NCBI GenBank assembly: GCA_964291395.2
Contig: OZ219856.1
Location: 320,001 to 384,000, forward strand
Length of the DNA stretch: 64,000 nucleotides
Source of the DNA: Alphaproteobacteria bacterium
GTDB lineage: Bacteria; Pseudomonadota; Alphaproteobacteria; UBA2966
Direction: 5' to 3'
In this document: positions 33,839 to 43,906 of the stretch, in pieces
How positions within the stretch are numbered: position 1 is the first letter of the stretch
Layout: each line of letters opens with the position of its first letter
The notes under the pieces: model-generated
Told to the model about the DNA's origin: nothing
What the model saw: the letters and a program-made list of their open reading frames with translations, nothing else
Databases searched by the model: none
Made by a program: the position numbers and the translations under genes

Positions 33839-35323
33839 ATGCGAACGATCATCCGCGGAGGGTGGGTCGTTGGGTTCGAGAACGATCATCACACGTTGGT
33901 CCCCAACGGCGTCGTCGTCTTCGAGGGCGACAGAATTCTTCACGTGGGACGGGAGTTCGAGGGAACCTGCGACCGCGAGATTGACGCCACCGGTAAGCTG
34001 ATCTGCCCCGGCTTCATCGATACGCACGTTCATTCGGGGCACCGCGCCACCCATCGTCTGATATCGGATGCCGGCCGTCCGGAATTCTTCGGCCAGCCCT
34101 TCCTAGAGTTCACAATTCCGAAGGAAGGCACAAAGGTCAGGGGAGACAAGCGATTCCACGACCCCGATCCCGACGACATAGACGACTCGGATTACTTTTT
34201 CGCATTGTTTACCGTCGCGGAATTGCTGCGTAACGGCACCACGACATATCTGGAGATCGCCGGGCAGGTCAGAATTCAGGAGCAGCTCGCCCGGGCGACT
34301 GAAGAACTCGGAATCAGGGCTTATCTGGGTACCGGATACCATTCCGGGCGTTGGGTTGGCGGTGATGGTGGACATCTAAAACGGGTAATCGATGAACCCG
34401 CCGGTATGAAGCTGTTCGAGATTGCCAAGGACTACATTCGGAAAATTGAAGGCACCTGCGATGGCCGAATCCGAGGGCTGCTATGCCCCGAGTCAGCCGA
34501 TATCTGCAGCTTCGAGATGATCCGCGACACACGAAAGGCCTCGGATGAGCTCGGAGTACCCATCCAAATTCATGCTTCTTACAGCGTCCTGGAGTTTACT
34601 CAGATTGTCCATGAGCATGGGCTGACGCCGATCGAATTCCTGGAGAAGGCAGGTGTCCTCGGCCCGGGCACGTCCATCGGTCACGGCAACTTCATCGGCG
34701 AGAACCGGCTGATGAACTATTCGGCCGGGCGTGACCTCGAGATTCTGGCGGAGACCGGAACGTCGGTCGCCCATTGCCCGGTCAACCTGGTACGGCGCGC
34801 GCGCTATCTGGAATGGGACCGTTTCCAGAAAGCCGGGATCAATATCGCGCTGGGAACTGATACGTATCCCCGCGACATGATCATGCAGATGCGGATGGCG
34901 TCGTATTTCGGCAAAGTCATCAGTGGCAGTTTTCTGGCCGGTACGGCGGCCGAGGCGTTCGAGGCGGCGACGCTCGGCGGGGCGCGGGCAATTCAACGCG
35001 ATGATTTGGGCCGGCTGGCGCCGGGCGCCAAGGCGGACATCCTCATCATCGACACGATGGGGCACAACAACCTTCGCTGGGGTCCGATCAAGGACCCCAT
35101 CAAGAGCCTGGTCGAATGCGGGATTTCAGATGACGTCGAGACGGTCTTCGTGGACGGGATCGCCCGAATGGAAGACCGCAAGATCGATGGCGTCGACATG
35201 TCGGAAATTACGCAACGTGCCCAGTCCGTTGCCGAAGACATATGGGACAATCTGCAGGAGTGGGATCCCCTCGGCCGTACGGCGGAGCAGATGTGTCCGT
35301 GGTCATTTCCAATAGCGGAGTGA
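33839..35323 (+). CDS. Amidohydrolase (chlorohydrolase/deaminase AtzA/MtaD-like group)
   Basis: PGFIDTHVH, IQIHAS, VAHCP, LGTDTYP, GAKAD; GGGAGG RBS before MRTIIRGG. Confidence 0.85.
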   Translation: MRTIIRGGWVVGFENDHHTLVPNGVVVFEGDRILHVGREFEGTCDREIDATGKLICPGFIDTHVHSGHRATHRLISDAGRPEFFGQPFLEFTIPKEGTKVRGDKRFHDPDPDDIDDSDYFFALFTVAELLRNGTTTYLEIAGQVRIQEQLARATEELGIRAYLGTGYHSGRWVGGDGGHLKRVIDEPAGMKLFEIAKDYIRKIEGTCDGRIRGLLCPESADICSFEMIRDTRKASDELGVPIQIHASYSVLEFTQIVHEHGLTPIEFLEKAGVLGPGTSIGHGNFIGENRLMNYSAGRDLEILAETGTSVAHCPVNLVRRARYLEWDRFQKAGINIALGTDTYPRDMIMQMRMASYFGKVISGSFLAGTAAEAFEAATLGGARAIQRDDLGRLAPGAKADILIIDTMGHNNLRWGPIKDPIKSLVECGISDDVETVFVDGIARMEDRKIDGVDMSEITQRAQSVAEDIWDNLQEWDPLGRTAEQMCPWSFPIAE

Positions 35324-35390
35324 GTGGTACCAAGGCGAAGAACATCTGTTCGTTCGACTCATCGGAGGCCGACAACAAGGAGGACTTGCC

Positions 35391-36398
35391 GTGAGACATT
35401 TCATTACGCGAATTGGTATCTCAGCGTTACTCGTTCTGGGCGTGGTTGGCCTATCCGCATCCACGAGCAGCGCGGCCCTTAAGGATCCGGTTCACCTGCG
35501 GATCGCCACGGCCGGAATCGGCGGCGGCTGGTACATCTACGGCGCCACGTTCGCTTCGGTGATGCGCAAGGCGCTCCCCAAGGGATCTACCATCGATGTG
35601 CTGCCCATCGCGGGCTCGGTTGGCAATCCGAAACTCGTCAACAAGGGCGATGCGGAATTCGGTCTTGCCCAGACCGTGACGGGCTACTGGGCAACCAATG
35701 GGATCGAAACCTATGACGCGCCCTTGGACAACGTCAGGGCCATCGCCGGCGGTTTCGACGAACTTTGGATGGCCTTCATCGTCGACAAGAAAAGCGGCCT
35801 CATGTCGATAGACGAGGTCAAGGAGAAGAAATATCCGCTACGACTCCTGACGGCGCAGCGCGGCGGCACGGGCGAGCTCGTGACGCGGATGATCCTGGAC
35901 GCCTACGGCATGAGCTACGGCAGTCTGGAGGAAGCTGGCGGGTCGGCAAAGCCCGTGCCGCGGCCCTCGGTGCCCGGCATCATCCGCGAAGGCAAAGCCG
36001 ATGCCTACAGCCATAGCATCATGGTCGGCCATCCGACGGTCGTAGAGCTTTCCACCAACGTCGACGTTCGGTTCCTGCCGCTCAAGAACGACGTGATCGA
36101 CAAGCTCTCCAAGACCGGCCTGGCTCCTGTCACCATTCCTGCCGGGACATTCAAGGGACTGGACAAGGACGTGCCTAGTGTGGGCTCACCGACGATCCTC
36201 ATCGTGCGGGCCGACTTGGACGAAGAGGTGGTCTACACGGTCACCAAGGCGCTGTTGGAGAACAAGGCGGCGCTGGACAAGGGCCATGCCGGCCTCAAGC
36301 CGTTCGATCCCGAAACCGCTTGGAAGCAGGAAAAGCTTAGCGTACCACTGCATCCCGGCGCGGCTCGGTACTACAAGGAGCGAGGCTGGATGAAGTAG
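35391..36398 (+). CDS. TAXI-family TRAP solute-binding protein
   Basis: Signal peptide, IATAGIGGGWY, GSVGN, IPAGTF, PLHPGAARYYKE. Confidence 0.92.
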   Translation: MRHFITRIGISALLVLGVVGLSASTSSAALKDPVHLRIATAGIGGGWYIYGATFASVMRKALPKGSTIDVLPIAGSVGNPKLVNKGDAEFGLAQTVTGYWATNGIETYDAPLDNVRAIAGGFDELWMAFIVDKKSGLMSIDEVKEKKYPLRLLTAQRGGTGELVTRMILDAYGMSYGSLEEAGGSAKPVPRPSVPGIIREGKADAYSHSIMVGHPTVVELSTNVDVRFLPLKNDVIDKLSKTGLAPVTIPAGTFKGLDKDVPSVGSPTILIVRADLDEEVVYTVTKALLENKAALDKGHAGLKPFDPETAWKQEKLSVPLHPGAARYYKERGWMK

Positions 36399-36523
36399 AG
36401 AGGTCTATGGGCTGATCCGGATTTCCGGAGATACCGCGCGGCTTGTCGCCAAAATTCCGGGTATGCCCGAAACGCGTGTGTTCACGCCTTACCGCTAGTC
36501 CACTTGGGCCCAGTGGTAGAGGC

Positions 36524-36718
36524 GTGAGCGCCCACAAAGGATGCTTGGTACCAGCGGCCTGGGTGTCCGCATTTGCGGCCACCCAGGCCGTTTTCAAATC
36601 TAGGCCGCCTGAGATGTGCCCTAGCGCTACTGCCCCTATAGCCGTCGGGGCCTTTTCCCTGTCGCAACACACACGACTGATCGAGCGAACCGCCTACCCG
36701 GTCGAGGTCCGCTTCTAA
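36524..36718 (+). pseudogene. Deleted remnant of a TRAP 4TM/12TM permease (paralog of 39412..41334)
   Basis: VSAHKGCLVPAAWVSAFAATQAVF ... AVGAFSLSQHTRLIERTAY aligns with MSDHKRDLMPAAWVSAFAVAWAVF ... AVGVYILSQHTRLIERTAY; about 39 internal codons and the rest of the gene are missing. Confidence 0.8.
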
Positions 36719-36880
36719 GATGTGAAAACCGGGCCGCTCGGCAAAGGGCAGCATCTCTGTATTCAACCGGCTGAGATGGTCCAGGCTCCCTTCCTTCCGT
36801 TGCAGAAAGTGTCTTCCCAGCCGTGGCACGATAACTCTTGCGCGGGACTGAATTCCAACCCTCAGGAGGCCAGACCAGAT

Positions 36881-37324
36881 ATGGAACAGATGCCCTTCAT
36901 CACCCTTGCCCAATGTCAGGCCGCCATGGCTGCTATGCTCGAGGAAGCACAGAAAAAGCCCGAGCTTCCCGTTGCCATGGCCATCGTCGACAACCACGGC
37001 ATGCTCATCAACTACCAGGAGATGGATCGGCTTCGGCTGTTCACACGCCGACACGCCATCCGCAAGGCCTACACGGCAGCGATCACGGGCATGAACAGCG
37101 CTCGTTTCGCTGAAATCAACAGGGCGCGCGACCTCGGGATCCGCGAATTAGGCGGCGACCTCCAGCTAACGCCCGGCATTGGCGGTGTGGTCGTCCGCTC
37201 GAGCATCCACGACCAGGACGACTTCCACACCAATGTCATGGGCGGCATCGGCGTTGGCGGCTATTTTTCCGGCGAGGAGGATGAAGAGTTGGCCACGATC
37301 GGACTCAAGGCCATGAACGTCTAG
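36881..37324 (+). CDS. GlcG/HbpS (heme-binding, DUF336) family protein
   Basis: VAMAIVD..G, AIRKAYTA, GGVVV...GGIGVGG...ED; AGGAGG RBS. Confidence 0.85.
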   Translation: MEQMPFITLAQCQAAMAAMLEEAQKKPELPVAMAIVDNHGMLINYQEMDRLRLFTRRHAIRKAYTAAITGMNSARFAEINRARDLGIRELGGDLQLTPGIGGVVVRSSIHDQDDFHTNVMGGIGVGGYFSGEEDEELATIGLKAMNV

Positions 37325-37434
37325 CTAGCCGCAGGTCTGATCAAATGATTGATCCCGGGAAATCGACTGATGCGAAATAACTGATTCCGCACTGTTTGAA
37401 ATCTCTCGCGCGCCGGCGAAACAATGCGAATCAC

Positions 37435-38739
37435 TCAGTATTGATCCGGAGCAGACATCTGACCACGTGGATGGCCGAATCTTTCGACCAGGACCTCCTC
37501 TAGAGGGAGGCCGTCCGCGGCGTAATGACTTCCCGGGCGCCTGTGGTAGGCGTCGGCGAGCCGCGCCGCCGCTGGATCTTGGCCCTCCGCCAGGGCCCGG
37601 GCGGCATCCACAAGCGTACGCCGGAACTTGACCACCGCGGCATCGGTCGCAGTGAGATTCTCGGCCGTGCGGTCTGCGATGAAGCCCTGGCTCTGCTGGA
37701 CCATCAGGTCCTGCTCTGCCAAACCCTTCACCCCGGTGAAGGTTTGGTTCTTTTGCACAAGTCGGTCGATCTGGAAGTCGTTCGACCGGTTGCGTACCGG
37801 CACGTAGCCCGGGCCGCGTTCGGCGATGATGGCGTGACCCTTGTCCAGCTTGGCGCGCTCCTCCGGTCCAATATCGCGCTCCGTGTTCCAGGCATAGGCG
37901 AAGATCCAGCAGGCGCGGTCGGTGATCGGCGCGACGGTAAAGCCGAAGTAGGTCTCGCCGGGCAATGCCGAAGGCCCGGTGCCGTGGGCGGGCAGCATGA
38001 ACTGCGTCGTCCGCCAGTAGGTGCCCTCTTCTTCGGCATCGCGCGCCCAGCCGACGACGAAGCCGGTGTCGTGGTCCAAGATGTGGATCTTCGGGATTGG
38101 ATTCTTGCGGATCACCTGCAAACGTTGGATGTCGGCCGGCGCATACGGATTGTCCGGGGAGGTAACCGACGGCGCCGGCATGTGCAGGAACGAGAAATGG
38201 CAGGCGTCGAGATCGCCTTCAATGACCTGGGCCCAGTTGCACTCTGCGAGCTGTTTGGTGACGAAGCGCCGTTTCGGCGGCATCAACCCGAATTCCAGTT
38301 TGGGCACCTCGGGGATGTCTTCCGGGGGGCCGAGCCAGGCCCAGACGATCTCGCCGTATTCGCACGTCGGATATGAGGTCACCCGAACATTGTCGTGAAG
38401 GGGCACACCCGGCTCCACGTTGGGCAAGTCGACCGCCTTGCCGGAGGCGTCGAATTTCCAGCCATGGTAAACGCAGCGCAGGCCGCATTCCTCGTTGCGC
38501 CCGAAAAACAGATCGGCTCCCCGGTGCGGGCATCGCCGGTCGATCAGGCCGATACGGCCCTCCGTGTCGCGGAAGGCAACCAGCTCCTCGCCCATGATGG
38601 TCACCCGCACGGGCGATCCATCGGGCTCGGCCAACTCCTCCGATAAGGCCACGGGCTGCCAGAAACGCCGGAAATAGGCGCCCATCGGCGTACCCGCATC
38701 CGTTTGCGTCAGCAGGTCATTGTCTTCCGCCGAAAGCAT
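37435..38739 (-). CDS. Rieske oxygenase alpha subunit, phthalate dioxygenase-like group
   Basis: CPH-x16-CVYHGW; DACHFSFLH; start at MLSAEDN with AGGAGG RBS. Confidence 0.9.
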   Translation of the reverse strand: MLSAEDNDLLTQTDAGTPMGAYFRRFWQPVALSEELAEPDGSPVRVTIMGEELVAFRDTEGRIGLIDRRCPHRGADLFFGRNEECGLRCVYHGWKFDASGKAVDLPNVEPGVPLHDNVRVTSYPTCEYGEIVWAWLGPPEDIPEVPKLEFGLMPPKRRFVTKQLAECNWAQVIEGDLDACHFSFLHMPAPSVTSPDNPYAPADIQRLQVIRKNPIPKIHILDHDTGFVVGWARDAEEEGTYWRTTQFMLPAHGTGPSALPGETYFGFTVAPITDRACWIFAYAWNTERDIGPEERAKLDKGHAIIAERGPGYVPVRNRSNDFQIDRLVQKNQTFTGVKGLAEQDLMVQQSQGFIADRTAENLTATDAAVVKFRRTLVDAARALAEGQDPAAARLADAYHRRPGSHYAADGLPLEEVLVERFGHPRGQMSAPDQY

Positions 38740-38821
38740 GGCGCCTCCTTGCCGTTGGGCGACACCGACCTCCACAGTATGACAAGAGTATTGAGACGAA
38801 GCCAAATGGGTTGGCCCGCCT

Positions 38822-39177
38822 TGTCGGTAACACGGGACATGTCCGGTCCATGTACCAGATGATCCGTCCGGTTTTGGCAGGCCTCCAAGCCACGGAGGGT
38901 TTGGAGGCGTCGGACGGCGCCGGCACCCCGCCCAACCCGGCGGACGAAGCGGGACAAGCCGAGACTAGGCGAGACTAGGCGAGACGAGACCGCGGCGCGG
39001 CTGTTGAGCCAAGCCGAGGCGGAGGAGATACCGGGGGTCCCGGAGCGCACCTTCCGGCGCCGGCGCGCACCGGCGCAAGCGCCGCCGCCGCGCGCTGCCC
39101 TCTTCCACGGCCCGACCACAACACAAGCGGTCAACTCATAGGGTGCATAAACCGGTCAGTTCAAAATGTTCTCGACA
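38822..39177 (+). mobile_element. Internally deleted IS1202-family (ISNCY) element, 356 bp, non-autonomous
   Basis: TGT...ACA ends with imperfect long inverted repeats; exact 17-bp flanking direct repeat AATGGGTTGGCCCGCCT (38805-38821 and 39178-39194); residual transposase fragments LSQAEAEEIPGVPERTFRR and LFHGP in one frame. Confidence 0.8.
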
Positions 39178-39294
39178 AATGGGTTGGCCCGCCTTCCCCG
39201 AACTGAGTCGGTCGAACAATTCAGAGTTTGGCCGCTTGACTTCCCGGATTCACTCCAAATGTGACATGATTTCATGTGGGGAGGCGCATCGACC

Positions 39295-39384
39295 ATGCGT
39301 ACGCTGATTTGCGGGGGCTGGGTGGTTGGCTTCGACAAGGATCACCACACCCTAGTCACATCTCGGACTGGTAGTGGAGGCTGA
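39295..39384 (+). pseudogene. 5' remnant of an amidohydrolase (paralog of 33839..35323)
   Basis: MRTLICGGWVVGFDKDHHTLV vs MRTIIRGGWVVGFENDHHTLV, then stop after 29 codons; upstream region also homologous. Confidence 0.8.
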
Positions 39385-39411
39385 CATTAGGTCTCCGGTT
39401 GGTGGTTGGCT

Positions 39412-41334
39412 ATGAGCGACCACAAGCGAGACTTGATGCCGGCGGCGTGGGTGTCCGCGTTTGCGGTCGCCTGGGCCGTCTTCCAGATCTGGGTCGCGTT
39501 TTTCGGCCCGGTCGATAATCTGATCCTGCGGCCGGTCCACGTGTTCTGGGCCGCGGCGCTCACGTTCCTGCTGCGCCCCGGCTTCCGCAAGACTCCGAAC
39601 CCGAGGATCGGCTGGGATGACGTCGCCCTGGCGCTGTTGTCGGTCGCCGTCGGCGTCTACATCCTGTCGCAGCACACGCGACTGATTGAGCGGACCGCCT
39701 ATGTGGACTCGGTCGAGCTGGCCGATTACATCGTCGGTATCGTGGCCGTTCTGCTGGTCCTGGAGGGCTCGCGCCGTCTCGTCGGCATCAGTCTGTCGCT
39801 CGTCGCCGTAGGCTTCATAATTTACGCCTTCGCCGGACAATACATGCCCGGGATCTTCGCGCACCGCGGCATTACGCTCGACCATTTCATCGAACTGGAA
39901 ATCCTTTCGAACCCGCCGGACGGCCTGTTCGGCATGATCACCGGTGTGTCCGCCGAGATGGTGTTCTATTTCATCATGTTCGGGGCTTTCCTGGACCGCT
40001 CCGGCGGAGGACGTTTGTTCACGGACTTCGCCTACGCCATTACCGGCCGCGCGCGTGGTGGTCCCGCCAAGGCAGCGATCGTCAGCAGCTCCCTGTTCGG
40101 TACCATATCCGGCAGCGCCGTCGGAAACGTTCTCATCACGGGAACGTTCACGATTCCGCTGATGAAGCGGACCGGGTTTCCCGGCCACGTCGCAGGTGCC
40201 ATCGAGGCGGTGGCGTCGACGGGCGGCCAGCTCATGCCTCCCGTCATGGGAGCGGCGGCGTTCATCATGGCCCAGGTGATGGGCGCCCCCTACAAGGATG
40301 TCGTCGTGGCAGCCGCACTGCCGGCCGTCCTGTTCTACATTTCGCTCTTCATCAGCGTCGACCGGGAATCCCGCAAGCGGGGGATGAAAGGTGATCCTCA
40401 AGCCGCGAGCCCCGAGATCTGGAAGGGAATTCTCAAACGCCTCCACTTGATCATCCCCTTGGGTTATCTGGTGTACCTGATCTTCAGCGGCTATTCCCTC
40501 GGAACGGTTGGCATCAGGGCCACCGTGGCGGTGGCCATCGTTAGTCTGCTCAGTGCGGCGACCAGAATGGGGCCGAAGGACTGGTGGCAGGCGTTGGAAA
40601 CAACCGCCAAACAATCGATCGTCATTGCCGTGCCATCGGCCGTTGCCGGCAGCGTCGTCGGGCTGATCGTGTTCACGGGCCTCGGGCTCAAACTGACTAC
40701 TTTGCTGGTTGATTGGTCGGCCACGTCGCTATTGATCGCGCTGCTCTTCGTCGCTATCGCATGCCTCATCATGGGTATGGGAATGCCGACGGCAGCGGCC
40801 TATCTCATGGTCGCGGTGCTTATGGCGCCGGCGCTGATCGAACTCGGTATTTCAACCATGGCGGCACATATGTTCGTTTTTTATTTCGCCATCCTTTCGA
40901 TGGTGACGCCGCCCGTGGGTATGGCCGCCTATGCCGCTGGAGGGGTTGCCAAAGCCAATCTTTGGAGCACGGGCCTGACCGGATTCCGTCTGAGCCTAGT
41001 CGCCTTCATCGTGCCCTTTGCCTTCGTCACCAACGAGGCTCTGTTGTTCAACGGGACCTGGGGCGAAATCCTGTGGGTCACAGTCAGTGCCGGGCTCGGA
41101 ACACTCGGACTGGCCGGTGTCGTCACCGGGTACTGGCGGCGCGGACTCAAGTGGTTCGAACGCATTCTGCTCGGAGTAGCGGCCGTTCTCCTGATCTCAC
41201 CGGAGTTGCGTAGCGACGCGATCGGGCTGGTCATCTTGATCGGTGTGTGGGGTCTTCAGTACCTGTTGGCCGGACCACCCACATTGGCGGCGGAGTCGAT
41301 GACGACGGGCAGCACCGACGAGGACTCGCGCTAA
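39412..41334 (+). CDS. TRAP transporter fused 4TM/12TM permease (TAXI type)
   Basis: GGPAKAAIVSS.LFGTISGSAVGNV..TG.FTIPLMK, ASTGGQLMPPVMGAAAF, GMGMPT.AAY, VTPPV. Confidence 0.93.
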   Translation: MSDHKRDLMPAAWVSAFAVAWAVFQIWVAFFGPVDNLILRPVHVFWAAALTFLLRPGFRKTPNPRIGWDDVALALLSVAVGVYILSQHTRLIERTAYVDSVELADYIVGIVAVLLVLEGSRRLVGISLSLVAVGFIIYAFAGQYMPGIFAHRGITLDHFIELEILSNPPDGLFGMITGVSAEMVFYFIMFGAFLDRSGGGRLFTDFAYAITGRARGGPAKAAIVSSSLFGTISGSAVGNVLITGTFTIPLMKRTGFPGHVAGAIEAVASTGGQLMPPVMGAAAFIMAQVMGAPYKDVVVAAALPAVLFYISLFISVDRESRKRGMKGDPQAASPEIWKGILKRLHLIIPLGYLVYLIFSGYSLGTVGIRATVAVAIVSLLSAATRMGPKDWWQALETTAKQSIVIAVPSAVAGSVVGLIVFTGLGLKLTTLLVDWSATSLLIALLFVAIACLIMGMGMPTAAAYLMVAVLMAPALIELGISTMAAHMFVFYFAILSMVTPPVGMAAYAAGGVAKANLWSTGLTGFRLSLVAFIVPFAFVTNEALLFNGTWGEILWVTVSAGLGTLGLAGVVTGYWRRGLKWFERILLGVAAVLLISPELRSDAIGLVILIGVWGLQYLLAGPPTLAAESMTTGSTDEDSR

Positions 41335-41400
41335 CTCACCGTTATGAGGCCGAGGACTCCGGGCGTTTCCGTCGCTACAAGCCGATGGATGCCGTCGGCA

Positions 41401-42165
41401 TCAGTCGTGGATATAGGCGTACTTGTCGACCGTTCCGCGTTCTTCGTGCCAGGCGATGACCTCGATGGAGTGCCCCGTGCCCTCCAATTCCGTGAGAGTG
41501 TAGAGCAATGGCCCCACCATGTGATCGGGCGTCCAGCATCGGGCGCCCACGAAGTATTCCTTGGGCGACTTGGCTTGGAAGTTGGTCACGGCGAGTGCGG
41601 GACATATGGCGTTCACTCGAATACCATGCTCCTTCATCATCACGGAGAGGGTCCAATTCATCCCCTCCACCGCGAATTTGGTCGTCGTGTACGGGATGCT
41701 GCGCAAGTGCGTGAAGCCGACGCGTGCGGTCATCGATGAAATGTTGACGATGTGCCCCGCCCCTTGCGCGATCATGTGGGGCAGCACGCTTCGGCAGCAG
41801 TAGAAGACGCCGTTGATGTTGACATTGACGACCTCATCCCAATCGGGCGTCTCGATGTCGACGAAGTCACAGCTTGGACCCGAAATCCCGGCATTGTTGA
41901 CGAGGATGTCGATGCGGCCGAATCGGTCGACGGTCTCGTCCATCAAGGACTGAACCTGGGTCTCGTCGGTCACGTCGGTTTCGAGCGCAACGGCCTCCCC
42001 GCCGCCGGCGTTGATTTCTTCGGCGACGCGCTCCGCTTCGGGAAGCAGGATGTCGGCGACGACGACGACGGCACCTTCCTTGGCCACGGCCTTGGACATG
42101 TACTCACCGAATCCCATGCCCCCGCCCGTCATGATGAGAACCTGTTTCGAGAGTTTTCCCGCCAT
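41401..42165 (-). CDS. Short-chain dehydrogenase/reductase
   Basis: TGGGMGFG, NNAG, YTTTK. Confidence 0.9.
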   Translation of the reverse strand: MAGKLSKQVLIMTGGGMGFGEYMSKAVAKEGAVVVVADILLPEAERVAEEINAGGGEAVALETDVTDETQVQSLMDETVDRFGRIDILVNNAGISGPSCDFVDIETPDWDEVVNVNINGVFYCCRSVLPHMIAQGAGHIVNISSMTARVGFTHLRSIPYTTTKFAVEGMNWTLSVMMKEHGIRVNAICPALAVTNFQAKSPKEYFVGARCWTPDHMVGPLLYTLTELEGTGHSIEVIAWHEERGTVDKYAYIHD

Positions 42166-42180
42166 CGGTTCCCTCCTCCC

Positions 42181-43374
42181 CTACCGCGCAATGAGTGTAT
42201 TGCCGGCGGATACGGTTACCGTGCGATTCGTAGGATCTCTGACGATGCCCATGGGATCATCTCCATTCTGCACGGCCGCGACCGCCTCCTTGAGGAGGCG
42301 GCGAAACATGACAACACCTCGGTCCGTCGAGGCCAAGTGCTCCAGATCGTGTACGGCGATCGGCCTCTGACTTACCTGGGCTTCCTGGTCATCGGGCTCC
42401 CGCTGCGTATCCTCGTAGCTTCGCCGCGCTGCTTGAGTCCCGCTGGAGCGCCCTTCCGGTGCCTGGGCCAGGACCGACGGCACCGGAGTCCCATCTACGA
42501 CGCGCAAAGCCTCGATGTGAAACCCGATGGTGCGGGTACTGTCCACGGGCACCCACCAGCCGATCAGTCTGGACTTTTCGCTCTGCGCCTTGTCTCCGGG
42601 AAGGTACGGGTCGGCCACCGAACGCGCGTTGGGCACGAACACTTCCTGCACCCGCCGGTAGGTGAAGCCGTTCGGCAGCGTCGACGTTCTGATGTACGTC
42701 ATTCCAGTGGGCGTCTCTTCGAAATCGAGCTGCGGCAGCGCCTTGAAGAGGTCGGTGAAATGGGCCCCGCTGATGGTGGAATGCAGAAAGGCCGTATGCA
42801 CTGGATCCATGGCGTTTTCCTGGATCTGCAGCCAGTTGCATTCGGCCACGGCGCCGCGGCTGGTATTGCGGTAGGCGGTGAGGATCATGCCTTCGTCACT
42901 GAGGATGTCGTAGGCGGGAAACTCCGGCATGAGGTCGATCGGCCCCATGTAGGCGAACACCAGCCCACCGAATTCCCTGGTCGGATACCACGACTGCCGC
43001 ACCCGGTCCTTGCTCGTGCCGTCCGGAGGTTCTCCGGGCTGCTGCAGACAGCGCCCTTCCACGTCGTACAGCCAACCGTGATAGCAACAACGGATTCCTT
43101 CAGGTTCGATCCTGCCGTATTCCAGAGACGTCCCCCGGTGGGCGCAGTGCCGGTCAAGCACACCCACTCGTCCGTTCCCGTCCCGAAAGACGACCAGATC
43201 CTCGCCGAGGATACGGACTGCCCGGGGCAGGTCGGTGAGCTCCTCGGACAGGGCCACCGGCTGCCAGTAGCGCCTCAGGAGTTCACCCATCGGTGTACCG
43301 AACTCCACATGCGTGAGTTCGGCGTTCTCGTGCCGGAGCACGCCGACTTTTCCATATCCCGCTTCTTCGGTCAC
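42181..43374 (-). CDS. Rieske oxygenase alpha subunit, phthalate dioxygenase-like group
   Basis: CAH-x16-CCYHGW; ENAMDPVHTAFLH; GTG start after GGAGGAG RBS. Confidence 0.88.
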   Translation of the reverse strand: MTEEAGYGKVGVLRHENAELTHVEFGTPMGELLRRYWQPVALSEELTDLPRAVRILGEDLVVFRDGNGRVGVLDRHCAHRGTSLEYGRIEPEGIRCCYHGWLYDVEGRCLQQPGEPPDGTSKDRVRQSWYPTREFGGLVFAYMGPIDLMPEFPAYDILSDEGMILTAYRNTSRGAVAECNWLQIQENAMDPVHTAFLHSTISGAHFTDLFKALPQLDFEETPTGMTYIRTSTLPNGFTYRRVQEVFVPNARSVADPYLPGDKAQSEKSRLIGWWVPVDSTRTIGFHIEALRVVDGTPVPSVLAQAPEGRSSGTQAARRSYEDTQREPDDQEAQVSQRPIAVHDLEHLASTDRGVVMFRRLLKEAVAAVQNGDDPMGIVRDPTNRTVTVSAGNTLIAR

Positions 43375-43480
43375 CGGCTCCTCCTTGCCCCGACGCCGGG
43401 GCGCATATCGTCCAGATACGAAACCAAGAACCTTGCCGGACCTCCGCGGATCCCCGGGCGCCGTATTGTAGCTGCAACGG

Positions 43481-43906
43481 TCACGCGGTATCGGCGGCCT
43501 CGACCGCTGCCTTGCCCGCCACCGCGCACTCGTGGTCTTCGTCGGCGCTTCCGCCGCCGCATCCGATGGCACCTATGACGCGCCCGTCCCGCTCGATCGG
43601 CACGGCGCCGGTGCTCGGCAGCACTTGACCGGGAAGGAGACTCGGCAGGGCGTTCCAGAAAGCGGGCTGCGTTTGAAGCAGCTCGACCAGATCCTTGGAA
43701 GGGCGCTTGAAAGCCACTGCCGCCACTGCCTTGCCCTGGGAGGTATTGGTATTGAAAATCCCTGCCCCGTCCGCCCGCGCCGTCAGAACAAGGCGACCCG
43801 CTTCGTCGACGACCGAAACGGTGATGGGTGGCGCGTTCAGGCTCTTGGCTTTTTCCTGCACCGCCCGCAGAGCGGTCAATGCCATGTCGAGAGTCATTTC
43901 GATCAT
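43481..43906 (-). CDS. GlcG/HbpS (heme-binding, DUF336) family protein
   Basis: ITVSVVDEAG..V..ARADGA, GKA, GAVPI..DG.VIGAIGCGG...ED. Confidence 0.85.
   Translation of the reverse strand: MIEMTLDMALTALRAVQEKAKSLNAPPITVSVVDEAGRLVLTARADGAGIFNTNTSQGKAVAAVAFKRPSKDLVELLQTQPAFWNALPSLLPGQVLPSTGAVPIERDGRVIGAIGCGGGSADEDHECAVAGKAAVEAADTA

Noticed and set aside
36824-36842. Sigma-54-like TGGCAC...TTGC upstream of GlcG
   Set aside because: Spacing is 8 bp rather than the required 5
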